The notes: a model not told the origin generated them from the letters alone. A stretch of DNA of 35,402 nt from Octopus bimaculoides (GCF_001194135.2 NC_068989.1:18646031-18681432), one strand, 5' to 3'; shown: positions 20,723 to 31,877, counted from the first letter of the stretch. Numbers and translations: made by a program.

Positions 20723-21714
20723 TCCTAAGGTGAGTCTATAAGAGTTTGCTAAGTTTAATTGCCATGAGATTCTTACCTTTGGTCTGAGAAAGAGGGTGAG
20801 ACGGAGAGAGAGTTGGAGTTGTCATTTGGGCCAAGCCCAAAACATGACATTCTTCTCGTAATCTTACAAATAAGTTTATCACACTAAGATACTAAAATTA
20901 GTACTGCAATAAATGTACTACAATTAGTACTACAGTCTATAAGAAAATTCATAGACAACACAGTGGGACAAGTTTAAAAAAAAAAAAGAAATAGTATTAG
21001 CTTAACTCTTGTATTAACGTTTCGGACATAAATATTTCATCAGAAGAAAGACAAAAGCAAAGGGAGAGTGAGAAAGAGGAATAGACAGTGAAAGAAAAAA
21101 ACGGGCAGGGGGTTAGGATCCAGGCGGAGATGTGGTTCTAGAATGTAAGTTGAAAAGGGAGTAGCGACCAAGTGCGTATGAGCAAGTTTAAGAGTGTATC
21201 CGTATTTGGAGATGAGCACTTCGAGGCAGTGGTGTGTGTATTTTGGCTGGGTGTATGTATGTAGAAGTGTGCAAGTGCAGAAATACGGTGGCGTAGGTTA
21301 ACGGGGTAGGAAGATGTTGATGTGTGAGAGAGAGAGAGAGAGACAGAGAGGATGAGGAGGAGATGGAAACGGTTGCGAGTGTGAGACAAAAGGAATGTGG
21401 GATGTGTGATGGATATGTGCACAAGGGTATGAATGTGAGGTGGTTTTACTTAGATGGAAGGTATAAATTAAAAGAAGCGAAATGAAAGAAAAGGCACGAG
21501 TCCTGGGAGGGGAGAGAAGCCAGATAAAAAAATCAATTACGAAACACCGGTAAAAAGCAAAAAGAAAGCAAAAGAAAAGAAAAATTGCAAGTTCTGGCAG
21601 AGACGAAAATATTATTTAAGAAACCTCATCACTAATGTTAAGTAATGTTTAAATAACTTTAAAACGGCTGATGACGAGCAAAGATTCAGAAACATGTCCC
21701 TGAATGCAGACTAG

Positions 21715-21870
21715 GCTGGGTGGGGGTGCTTGTCTCCCCCTCGCAAATATAAGGACACAGGAAATGTGTCAAGGCCGACAGGAAGCGGTCCAGCTTCACA
21801 GGGCTAAATAGCAGCAGTATGATTCCTTATTGGGACTGTCACATTGAGTTGACAGTATACAACTGCTTTA
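21715..21870 (+). repeat. Unclassified hairpin-rich dispersed repeat, copy 2
   Basis: Homologous to 19453-19609; preceded by a hammerhead-like motif at 21661-21702. Confidence 0.85.
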
Positions 21871-21996
21871 TCGTAACACTGCTGCTTAATTCTCTCTGTG
21901 AGATTTCTAATTAGATCATTTCTAATAAGATCATTTCTAATTAAGATTCTCTCTTCCGTTTAATACGTTAACCATGCTCCCCCTGCGTTATCTTAT

Positions 21997-22366
21997 TACA
22001 TCCGTCTTCGCTCCACCTTAGCGAAGGTGGAGGTATTGTTTTCAGTCGTATTTGTTTGTTTGTCCGTGGACAAGATATCTCAAGAACCGCATGATGGATT
22101 CGGATGAAATTTTCAGGGATGTTTGGCCTCATGACTAGCACGAACTGATTAGATTTGAGGATCGATCCAGTACAGGACAAGGATTCTGGATTATTTTTCC
22201 GATTTTTTAAACTTAATTTTTGAGAGCGGTCAGGTTTATTTTTAGTATTCTTGTTCGTGAGAGCAGTCGAGTTTATTTCAGATATTCTCATTTTAAAAAT
22301 CATGCCTGGCTAATTGTTAAGACGACGTTAGTGTTGCCTTGGCGGAGGTTTGCGCTCTCTGGGTGC
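21997..22366 (+). mobile_element. Non-autonomous Helentron-type element, copy 2
   Basis: 5' hairpin CTCCACCTT-AGCG-AAGGTGGAG, (GTTT)n, 3' CCTTGGCGGAGGT and GCGCTC-TCT-GGGTGC hairpin followed by T-rich flank. Confidence 0.65.
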
Positions 22367-22384
22367 TTTTGTTTGTTTATTCTT

Positions 22385-22625
22385 TTACTTGTTTCAGTTA
22401 CTTGACTACAGTCATACTGGAGCACCGCCTTGAACGGTTCTAGTCGAACAAATCGACCCCAGAACTTCTATTTTTAAGCTTATTACTTTCACTTTCGGTC
22501 TCTTTTGCCGAACCATTAAATTATGAGGACGTACACACACACCAACACCGGTTGTCAAGTGGTGATGGGGAACAAACACAAAGATACATATACATACATA
22601 CAAACACATACATACATACATACAT
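22385..22625 (-). mobile_element. SINE-like repeat with (TACA)n tail, related to family A
   Basis: TACTGGAGCACCGCCTT..GTCGAACAAATCGACCCCAG..CGGTCTCTTTTGCCGAACC motifs and a terminal tetranucleotide run. Confidence 0.6.
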
Positions 22626-22630
22626 ACATA

Positions 22631-23293
22631 TGTAGCATACCCTCGAGTGAAATTCCCCTTTCCCCTTTATTATATATACGTACATAGATAACAGCTAGCC
22701 TTTGGCCGCTATTTGGACCCCGTTGTGTCCACTACTCTGATTGATTGCAATTGGCACAATTTGTCGCTTACTTTGTCGCGCCAATATGCAGCGTATAACC
22801 AATCGGAGCCCCCAAATAAGATCACGTGAGACAGCCTTTTCTCAACCCTGCTACTCCTCGCCTCGAGGTCTTTGATTCCAGACCTTTTAAGGTCTAGCCA
22901 CTGACCACACAAAACACAGCCAGTTCCAACGACAACACCAGACGACCCGTCCAACTGTATTACGAACCACCGTCTTCGTCGCCGCCATCATCTTCTTAAC
23001 GTCGTCAACATCATCTCTGTAAGTACACAGCTCAAGCAACACTGCACAGGTTCCAATATAACACTGTTTGTGAATTACTTCACCATGGTTAACAGCGAAT
23101 ATACAACCAACGAGAACTCCTGTACAAGTGACCAGGCAGCAGCGTTACAGCCACAACTTCACGGATGACATGTACAGCAACCGGCTCAGCATCATCACCA
23201 CAGCTCATTTATACAGTATTTCAATCCCCGTGTACAATTGACTACGAACTGGTATTTCTCATTCTTGTGTCTCTCTCTTTCCCCTCTGGTACA
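22631..23293 (+). mobile_element. Solo-LTR-like element, copy 1
   Basis: Begins TGTAGC and ends GGTACA; CCAAT and CACGTG motifs; roughly 75-80 percent similar by eye to the reverse complement of 26980-27730. No TSD seen. Confidence 0.6.
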
Positions 23294-23393
23294 TGAAGGT
23301 ATTATTCCAGCCTTCTGAACGGAGCCGTTATTAGATGGGTTTTTTTCCACGTGAGACCAATTCTATCTATCTATCTATCTATCTATATATATA

Positions 23394-23718
23394 NNNNNNN
23401 NNNNNNNNNNNNNNNNNNNNNNNNNNNNNNNNNNNNNNNNNNNNNNNNNNNNNNNNNNNNNNNNNNNNNNNNNNNNNNNNNNNNNNNNNNNNNNNNNNNN
23501 NNNNNNNNNNNNNNNNNNNNNNNNNNNNNNNNNNNNNNNNNNNNNNNNNNNNNNNNNNNNNNNNNNNNNNNNNNNNNNNNNNNNNNNNNNNNNNNNNNNN
23601 NNNNNNNNNNNNNNNNNNNNNNNNNNNNNNNNNNNNNNNNNNNNNNNNNNNNNNNNNNNNNNNNNNNNNNNNNNNNNNNNNNNNNNNNNNNNNNNNNNNN
23701 NNNNNNNNNNNNNNNNNN
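23394..23718. other. Assembly gap (N run)
   Basis: Run of N between (TATC)n/(TA)n and (CA)n. Confidence 1.
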
Positions 23719-23751
<33 letters not shown>

Positions 23752-23752
<1 letters not shown>

Positions 23753-23897
23753 CAATCTTCTTTCAGTTTCTGTCTACCAAATTCACTCATAAGGCTTTAG
23801 TCGACTATAGGAGTAGACACTTGCCCAAGGTGCCACACAGTTGGACTGAACCCGGAACCATGTGGTTGAGAAGCAATCTTCTTACCAGACAACCACT
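23752..23897 (-). mobile_element. SINE family D, degenerate
   Basis: CTTTCAGTTT.TGTCTACCAAAT.CACTCA.AAGGCTTT homologous to 12466-12632. Confidence 0.8.
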
Positions 23898-24654
23898 TAA
23901 TTTTACTTTTTTTATTGTCCATTTCATTTACAATGCAAGGATGTAGTTAAACACAACTTGGGAAGATTAAACATTGATACCCATAGTTGAATCACAGAAG
24001 TTCAGAACAGAAACCTGGAGAGAGCGAACCACTTGATTCCTCTCACTCGGCATCACCGGAGAAGGTAAAATTCACAAAAATCAATATAGTTATAAATTTT
24101 CTTTTTCCTTTTTTGAAACGGTAGGTCTTGAAGTAGTAACAACAGTAACAGCAGAACAGGAGTGGTGGTGGTGGTGGCGGTGGCGGCGGCGGCGGCGATG
24201 ACCAGTGTTCTACCACAGGACCAAAGGAAGCCCCGAATTTCACTTCCCATTCTAGAAACTTCATTCTTACCGGCGAAAATTGTATATTGTTAGGGTTATA
24301 AGAATTTAGAAACTTCGAGAGAACGTGAAATCTCTCTTTGGAACGGTGGATCTCGAAATACTTCAAGTTTATAAATTGTTTATAAATGTTTCAAGTTGAT
24401 AAATTCTTATGATGTCAACAGTATATGGTTATATTAATAAATCTACTACATTGTCTATTTCATATACATATATACAATATACATATATACAATATACATA
24501 TGTACAATAAACCCTGCAAACACTTTCAACAGGGGCTTAGACAGATAATTGAAAAAAAAAATTGTAATCTTTGAAACTCAAGTCAAAAGTTTCAAGTTAT
24601 CTCACAGTAGGATAAGTTGGATCATGCTATGGAGCATAATTATCAAACTGTAGT

Positions 24655-24728
24655 GGCGCGAAATTATAGTCGCCATTGAGGAAATACTATTCTGCGCATG
24701 CGCAGGGGACTTCACCACCGCATGCGTA
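24655..24728 (-). promoter_or_regulatory. Promoter-like motif cluster (E2F, YY1-like, NRF1)
   Basis: TTTCGCGCC (minus, 24655-24663), AATGGCG (minus, 24671-24677) and the perfect palindrome CTGCGCATGCGCAG (24692-24705) in a locally CpG-rich patch. Motif match only. Confidence 0.45.
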
Positions 24729-25439
24729 GTAAAACTCGTACTTAAAGAGTGAGTTTCACTTTGTAAGTCAGTTGAGCGACAGACCTTCTACGTGACAACT
24801 CCCCGCTCCTCAACGAAGCACTCTTCAACTCGATGCCTTCGATGGTGATAGCTACTTGCTTCTCTGGCAGGCATCAAGGAAGCCCTTAACCTTCCAATAC
24901 CAAATTACAACTTAATCAGTGGCTGCTAAGCTGAATGACAGGAATTGTGAAACCAAGCATCATCAAAAAAATAAAAACTTATTTTTTATTATGTTGTAAA
25001 ATTGTTCTAATGTCTCTTCATATATAATGCTGTTTGTTGAAGGGTGATAGAGAGAGACTAAAGTCTCTATGACAACTATCAAAACTTTTACAAAACAATT
25101 AAAAAATTATGCGAACATCATTACAAGTTTTTATGTGTTTTATTAGGTATCTTCAGCTCAACATAATTGTCACTTTGGTTTGACACCTATAAATAAGGTT
25201 TATTGGTCTACAACACGTCCTTGTATTTATTCTGGCTTGTATTTACTCTAGATCGATAGATCAACGGCAAACACAAATTTCTGATGACGACACCATATTC
25301 TCCCACAGATGTATTGAGAAGGAAGAATAAGAATGACGCCCTCACATTCAGGAGTTCATATTTAGTATTATCTAGCATTGTGAATTTAGGGGTACTCTAA
25401 ATTTATGCTCAGAATACGTTTCAAGAATTACTTACTTCG

Positions 25440-25625
25440 TCATTTTCGATTATTTCATCAAGAAGTGCAACATAATAGCAAAATTCTATTCTTACTTGCA
25501 AAAATGCACAAAAACAATCCTTACTCCTGCATTCGAAGGATCTCTATCTACATGTTTCACATGTTTCTTAAGAAAATGATGCAACCAATCTTTGCTTGCC
25601 CTTTTGTTCTCCAACCAAGACAAAG
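25440..25625 (-). mobile_element. Possible pogo/Tigger-type transposase HTH relic
   Basis: Translates WLENKRASKDWLHHFLKKH, resembling the CENP-B-type W..N..AG.DW...FLKRH motif. Surrounding frames are broken. Confidence 0.35.
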
Positions 25626-25899
25626 TCTACTCAGATAGTCCTGACCTAATTTTAAGTGCTGCTACATATGCCGCGCACGCGTGTGTGTACGTATGTGTGT
25701 CTGTGCATGTGTGTGTTGGAATGCCTGGATTGAATTTGAGCAGTATGTGTGAGTGTACTGGGTAACAGAAATGAAAAACAAATTCTAGTATAGTAATTTA
25801 TTACATAGTGGGTGAATTCAATTGTTACTTTAGAGATTGTGGTACTGACCATTTTCGGTTTGCAGCCAAAGGTCGAGGGCTAAACTATGCTTTTGATTT

Positions 25900-26560
25900 T
25901 GCTGGTGTATTTCTCTAATGATAAACAATTCTTGGTTTTACGTGTGATGCTATAATGAAGTGACAGCTAAGTTTCCAACTCTTGAAGCAACACATGGAAC
26001 TGATCGTGTGTAAAGGCAAATATCTGTTAGTACAACTTACAATGATTGCTTCTTGAGATTTATTAATGTTCATGGCAGGAAATCGAAACCTTTGAAATTC
26101 AAATAACAAACTAGTTAACTTCTGTGGTATTCTGCAAATGAAACTACAATGACCCACAAATTTTCATGACATGATTGTAATCTCCAGGATAGGAGATATC
26201 ATATCACTGAAAGCAAGATTTGTACCATTGCGAAGTTTTGAAGGGTCTACGTTACGAGGTGACAAATCGAAGCTCAAACCTTAAATATCAGATTGTTTGA
26301 CATTTACAGTTTGGCCCAGCATAGTGACTGTCCATTGATTTGTAGCATCTTTCCTCTCCAGCCATCAGTTCAATAGCTTTATTTTGATTTCTCTGACAGC
26401 AGCATTTTTCAGTGTTAGGATTACTTGTTTTGCAGAGTAATTTCAGATCACATCGTCTGATGTGAATGTTAGGAAGCATTTGGGGATTCAGTTCGAATTC
26501 TTTTTCAATATGGCTGAACGGCAACTGAATTTGGCTGTTCGAGTCTCTTTCAAGAAGTTC
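25900..26560 (-). pseudogene. Helitron PIF1-like helicase C-terminal fragment (decayed)
   Basis: Collinear motifs across frames: NAAVREI..LL, GEERCYKSMD, RNVDPSKLRNGTNL, FICRIP..LLFEFQRFRFP-AMNINKSQ, HDQFHV..SRVG, KPRIVY. These match Helitron helicase motifs IV-VI. Confidence 0.75.
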
Positions 26561-26979
26561 GTTTCTCGCTTAAAGTAACTGACTAGCGAACTCACCTACA
26601 GCATTATTACAATCAAACGCACTTACATATTAATAGTTAAGGCTTTGTTGTTGAACGTGGGACCATAGATAACAAGCGTTCATCTGTAAGAACCGTGTGA
26701 TATGAGGTGACGAGAATGGCTTTTTCGTACCATTTCACATAGCCCTTACAATAAAGAGATATGGAATAGAATATATAAATGCCAGAGGGAAAAAGACACA
26801 ACCACGCGAGAATGATTAAGAGAATATTTATTGATATGTTAACATGTGTGTCTGTGTGTGCGTCATGTATACAGTATAATAGACAGGCCGTCATGAGAGC
26901 AAAATGTATATGTGTAGGCATAGACGTATGCGTGTTAAGAACATATAAGGATGGCAATGAATGAAACAGTGAAAGAGTC

Positions 26980-27730
26980 TATAGCCATCGAAGTGAGGAT
27001 TAAATTCATAGACACAAGAAAGATAATACCAGTTTGTAGTCAATAGTACACGATAGATGAAATACTGTATCAAGGAGTCGCAGCCATGACGCTGAGCTGG
27101 TTACGGGTACATTTCGTACGTGAAGTCGTGGCTGCGATGCTGCTGCCTGGGTTACTTGTACAGGAGTTCATACAGGTTGTATATTCGCTGTTGATCCGTG
27201 GTGAGATAATTCAGGAATAGTGAAGTGTTGCAACCTGTGTGAATTGCTTGCTGAGCTGTGTACGTAGAGAGATTATGTTGACGATGTTAAGAAGGACATG
27301 ATAGTGGCGATGAAGAAGGAGGTTGCCGTAATACTGTTGGACGATGTTGGTAAGTCTCAACGTGTGGTGGTATTTGGTTGGCGTTGTCGCTGGAACTGAC
27401 TGTGTCTTTGTGGTTAGTGGCTAGTCCTTAAAAGGTCTGGAACCAAAGACCTCGTAAAGAGGAAAAGCTGAGCTTTTATAAGGAACTCTAGGCTAAAACC
27501 AGAGTTGTAAACAGGTTGTCCCACCTGATCTTATTTAGGGTCTCCGACTGGTTATACACGGCAAGTTGGCATGACAGAGTAAGAGACAAATTGCGCTAAT
27601 AACAACCAATCAGAGTAGTGGACATAACGGGATCCAAATAGCGATCAAAGGCTAGTTGTTCCCTGCTACGTTCGAATGCACGTATATATAATAAATGAGA
27701 GAGAGGAATTACAACCGAGTCTACGCTACA
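26980..27730 (-). mobile_element. Solo-LTR-like element, copy 2
   Basis: On the minus strand it begins TGTAGC (27730) and ends GCTATA (26980). TATAAAA at 27474-27480 with a CCAATCAG box upstream; homologous to 22631-23293. Confidence 0.6.
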
Positions 27731-28562
27731 CATCTAATCTACTCAGCTTCCGATGGGAATTACATACAGGGTCTGACTGAAATAACATTGATAATAAAAT
27801 GATGAATTTAGCTTTATTTGTCATGTTATGACGTGCTGACGATTCAAAAGAAGGATGAAATAGCGCTATATATCTGTGCCAAGGACTAAAAACTTTAATA
27901 TCTTTATAACCTTTAAGATATTTGTAATATGTAGAAAAAATATTATATGTGCATGCTCGGCACATTGCCTTCTTTACTCTGAAGTCAATTCAAAACTTTC
28001 AAATCCGTTTCAACTAAACTTAATCTAGAAGATATAGTCTCTCCTATAATACCTGACCACTAGGAGCACATCGCGTGTTTATTCTAGAATTGCTTTTGTG
28101 TTAAATATTATTTCGATTTCTGCTTCATTAAATCTTTAGAACTGGTCTAACAAAATTTAGGGCCTCCTGAATAAATCTTGATTGACGGATAATATTCTTG
28201 AATATCAACATATAGAAATCAGTATTTTTTAATTTTTTTTATTTAGATCTAAGCTATCTTACCACAGTCTATGTATTATTCGAAAGTAATAAAGATGAGA
28301 TTATATTTTTGAGATTATTTTATCGAGCATACGCTTGTCTATTTCTCTTTTTTACTGTTAGTCTAAGTAAGATTAATTCATCATAATTATATGTTTCTGC
28401 TGGAAATAGTCTTCATTGTCTTGAAACATGAAATGCTGTGCCACTGATAGTTAGGGTTCAACTTAATGTCAGTATTCAGTACCATAGCAATTGCCTTTCC
28501 TTATTTATTGATTAATATCTTCATCCTTTCGGGGTCAACGTACTCCCTTGTAAACGACTTAC

Positions 28563-29382
28563 AAGCCGCTTGACGCAGATTGACCTTCAACACTGTTGTG
28601 CATGCGCACTAAGTTTCAAACTTCTCGTTCACTTCTGCTGTTTAAAGTAGTGCTTGGAAGGAACGTATGATCGTCGCATTGACCATGACAATGTTGATCA
28701 GAGAATCTGCATCAAATTTTGCAGAAAGTTTGGTGAAACCTGCTCAGAGGCCTATGCAAAATTTTCAAAAAGTTTTCATCGCCCTCGACACAATCAAAGA
28801 GATCTTGTGCAACTGAAACCCGAGTGTCTTTTTGGTCAGCTGAAAGCAGTTTAGGCACAAACTTGGCAGACACACGTCTCATACCCAAATCTTCAGTGAT
28901 AACGGACTGAACTGAACCGTAACTAACTTACACATCCTCTGATAACTCACAGATCGTGCTTCAACAATTTCCCCTCACAGCTGCACGCACATCTGCGATG
29001 TTTCTCTCAGTTCTGCTGGTTGCAGGTCTCATAGAACGTTCGTCAATATCGACATTTTTCCGGCCATCTTGGAAACGTCTGAACCACTCGTACACTTGTG
29101 TGCTGCTCATACACTCCCCTCCATACACTTTCTGCAACTTTGCATAGGCTTCTGAGCAGGTATCGCCATGACAACTTTCTCTTTCGTGGTCAATGCGACG
29201 ATCACACGCTACACACCTTCCTTTCAAGCACTGTTGTAAACAACAGAAGTGAGCTAAACGTTAAAACTTAGTACGCATGCACAGCAGGAGTTCAAGGTCA
29301 ATCTTTGCCAAGCGGCTTCACTCTGCGTGCTTTAGCTTCGTTACTATGGCAACAGTCCGGATACTTATTGATCAGACCTTGG
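28563..29382. mobile_element. Rearranged mariner relic (irritans-like): 5' fragment on + (28563-28762) fused tail-to-tail with a longer 5' half on - (28763-29382)
   Basis: Minus copy starts TA-CCAAGGTCTGATCAATAAGTATCCGGACT (TIR-like) and encodes AYAKLQKVYG..VYEWFRRFQDGR..DLGMRRVSAKFVPKLL..DENFLK. Plus copy encodes DQRICIKFC..AYAK. Confidence 0.8.
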
Positions 29383-29539
29383 TATATATGTATGTATACA
29401 CACACACACACACACACACACACGTAAATGTATGCATATGTATATATATGTATACGTATGTGTATACGTACATTTCTTGTGCACAAAGAAAGATTGAACA
29501 AGTGAAAATGATGTATTTGCTTTACCAGTCTTTCTAACT

Positions 29540-29581
<42 letters not shown>

Positions 29582-30234
29582 ATACACACACACACACATG
29601 CAGGCGCACACACCTGCATGCACATACAGCTACACCTCTGATAATGTTGAATAATTTGTTTGTAGTACAAGTTCTGAGTTAAAGGCTATAATAAGAGGTA
29701 ACTCTTTATCCATGTTTCACCGACTGTAACCCACCGACTGGCTGTAATTATTCACAAACAACAAATTAATGACACCTTAATAGAGCTTCTACTTCTTCAC
29801 ACCTATAATGAACTTGATTAGAACTATTGTTTCCAACCGACAAACACGGTACCTCATTCAGTGATCATACACTGAATTTTGGCTATAAAAGCGAGCGATT
29901 GTATTCCGTAACCCCACGCAGTTTAACACTTTTGTCTGAGTTTATTTTTCTTCTGTCCCCTTTTTCAACAATTTAGAATCTGTTTGAGGCCAGTGTTTGG
30001 CCCTAATTTCATGGTGTAAGTTGGTTGAAAGGTCAATTTTCTTTTTCTTCCTCGTAGATAAAATGTCAGTCTATCGCAAGAAAGAATTTCCAGATGATGT
30101 AGCAACTATTTCCTACAGAAGCAATGAAGTGTTCCACACAGAAACGCAACAAAAAGGTGGCAGAAGTCTGAATTCGAACTTAAGACTCATGAACGTGTAA
30201 TCTATTTTGACCGTATTGTTTTTATGTTCTTTAT

Positions 30235-30401
30235 ACAGCTACTGAAATGATATAAGTAGGTTGTATTAAATGGATGAACCGATGTAAACTTCAGACTGCG
30301 TTGTTTCAGTGGTAGCAATGATAGCCTGTTCCCGCAGTACCATAGATATCAATTTGTTAGAATAAAAACCGTTTGGAACGCACTATGTTTATTATGAAAA
30401 A
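30235..30401 (+). repeat. 167-bp direct repeat, copy 1
   Basis: Matches 33981-34147 with 6 substitutions and no indels. Confidence 0.95.
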
Positions 30402-30499
30402 CAGTCTATCGCATGTAATATTCTCGAGTGACCTGACACCTCTTCTTGAAAGTTAAGTGAACCGAGACAAATGTACAAAGCTGGTCCATCACATTTAAT

Positions 30500-30712
30500 A
30501 TTAGTTTCAAATTTTGGCACGAGGTCAGTAATTTCGGTGGAGGGGTAAAGTCGATTACATCGGCCCCAGTATTCAGTTGGTACTTATTTCATCGACCCCG
30601 AAAGATAAGCTGTAATGTTGACCTCGGCGGAATTTGAACTCAGAACGGAAAGACGGACGAAATGCTTATTAAGCATTTTTCCCGGCGTGCAAACAATTCT
30701 ACCACCTCGCCC
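30500..30712 (-). mobile_element. SINE family A, well preserved
   Basis: GACCTCGGCGGAATTTGAACTCAGAACG..GACGGACGAAATGCT is the reverse complement of the family head and core. Confidence 0.85.
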
Positions 30713-30727
30713 GCTTTCATCAGTTAA

Positions 30728-30788
30728 TATAACCAGATGATCTAAAGATTATAACCAGATGATCTAAGGATTATTACCAGATGATCTG
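30728..30788. repeat. Three-copy 21-bp tandem repeat (ATAACCAGATGATCTAAAGAT-like)
   Basis: CCAGATGATCT recurs three times at 21-bp spacing. Confidence 0.8.
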
Positions 30789-31024
30789 GAGTCTACCTCT
30801 GATGGCTAGGTAAAAGGAGATAATGTAGAATGTTGGTTTGTCCTTGGTACCATTGACTTAGGACGTATTACTGTCAGCCAAAACAATCCATATATATTTT
30901 TACATATAATAGACGAATTAAAGATTTTGCGAGCAAAGCCAACAAGTACTTCACACGTACATATTTAATACAAAGTCATATTTACAATGACATTTTTTTT
31001 TTCGTTTCAATAAAAGCATAAATT

Positions 31025-31034
31025 TTTATTTATT
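31025..31034 (-). promoter_or_regulatory. Probable polyadenylation signals for the TMEM229B-like gene
   Basis: Overlapping TTTATT hexamers about 100 nt downstream of the stop. Confidence 0.45.
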
Positions 31035-31130
31035 CTTTTTTTCTTTCATGAAATAAATAATCATAGAACACATTTCTCTATAATTCTATAATTCCAAAAT
31101 TTCATTTCTCTGTATTCTATAGTTTGAAAA

Positions 31131-31643
31131 TCATTGAGTATTTACAAGTCCTTCTTTCCCTAAATACGGTCCCCAGTATAGCTGCCGGGAAAATGATATG
31201 ACTAGCTTTTCTGTCAAAATTCCACCAATGTACCACATAGGTGCATATTCCATAGTAATTAGACCCATGATGTTTCCTTTAAACATGGAATAATCCCAAG
31301 GACAGGCATCAAAGAGTCTCAGTACGAAACCTGTGCTAAATTCCCAAAGGAAAATCCATAGTACATACACAAATCCTCGAAGTAATAATGATATTTTAAA
31401 ACGTAGTGTGAAATAGAGGCGTTCTAGAACTAGCATACAAATACCATAAATGAAAAGACACCAAATACTGGTGATTCCATGGAGTTTGTTATTTTTGTGG
31501 TAAACGACATCCCAGATTGCTGTGTATGTTACTTCCGCCACATATCCGTGGATAGCATAGATGTAAAAACGTTGTGAAAATGACAGTGGTATCAAATTAG
31601 GTTTTCCAGCAATTGGTGGCCTCTTTAAGTCTTCTTTCACGCG
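31131..31643 (-). CDS. TMEM229B: Transmembrane protein 229B-like, main coding exon
   Basis: FYIYAIHGYVAEVTYTA.., TSIWCLFIYG, WEFSTGFVLRLFDACPWDYS and GLITMEYA match TMEM229B as I recall it. The ORF-track start is a GTG; the exon actually begins at a strong acceptor (long poly-T then ACATTTAAG/CGC, phase 0). Confidence 0.92.
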   Translation of the reverse strand, partial: RVKEDLKRPPIAGKPNLIPLSFSQRFYIYAIHGYVAEVTYTAIWDVVYHKNNKLHGITSIWCLFIYGICMLVLERLYFTLRFKISLLLRGFVYVLWIFLWEFSTGFVLRLFDACPWDYSMFKGNIMGLITMEYAPMWYIGGILTEKLVISFSRQLYWGPYLGKEGLVNTQ

Positions 31644-31877
31644 CTTAAATGTAAAAAAAAGAAAAAGAAAAAATAATAATTTGTTACTAATTAATATGAA
31701 AGTAATTTCAAAATTTCAAATTTTGTTTCGAAATGAAAAAATAATGGTCAAGCGTTCAACAGCAAAACAAATGTCACGGTGGATGGTGGTTGTATGCTTA
31801 ATCAACACAGTAGATAATTAAGAAGTAAATTCCAAGTTTGATAAGTAATGCTTTAATCATTCTATAATGCAATAATA

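Noticed and set aside
20777-20850. Alternative coding first exon for UROD (MSCFGLGPND...) ending at a strong GTAAGA donor
   Set aside because: The donor is phase 2 from this ATG, and the other ATGs give a stop or phase 1; none fits the phase-0 acceptor of exon 2. Retained only as a possible non-coding exon.
20955-21050. Second hammerhead-like string on the minus strand (CUGAUGA-13 nt-GAAACGUU)
   Set aside because: Helix II and helix I cannot be formed convincingly.
23987-24064. Plus-strand 78-nt phase-0 exon (LNHRSSEQKPGESEPLDSSHSASPEK) as exon 2 of a divergent gene
   Set aside because: The acceptor lacks a polypyrimidine tract, the donor is mediocre and there is no recognisable homology.
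24043-24366. 107-aa minus-strand ORF with poly-proline
   Set aside because: The poly-Pro comes from a (CCG)/(CCA) trinucleotide tract; no domain similarity and a non-ATG start.
22631-27730. DIRS-type element with inverted terminal repeats
   Set aside because: The interior has no RT or tyrosine recombinase, only unrelated SINE, Helitron and pogo-like relics; the two repeats are too diverged to be the termini of one element.
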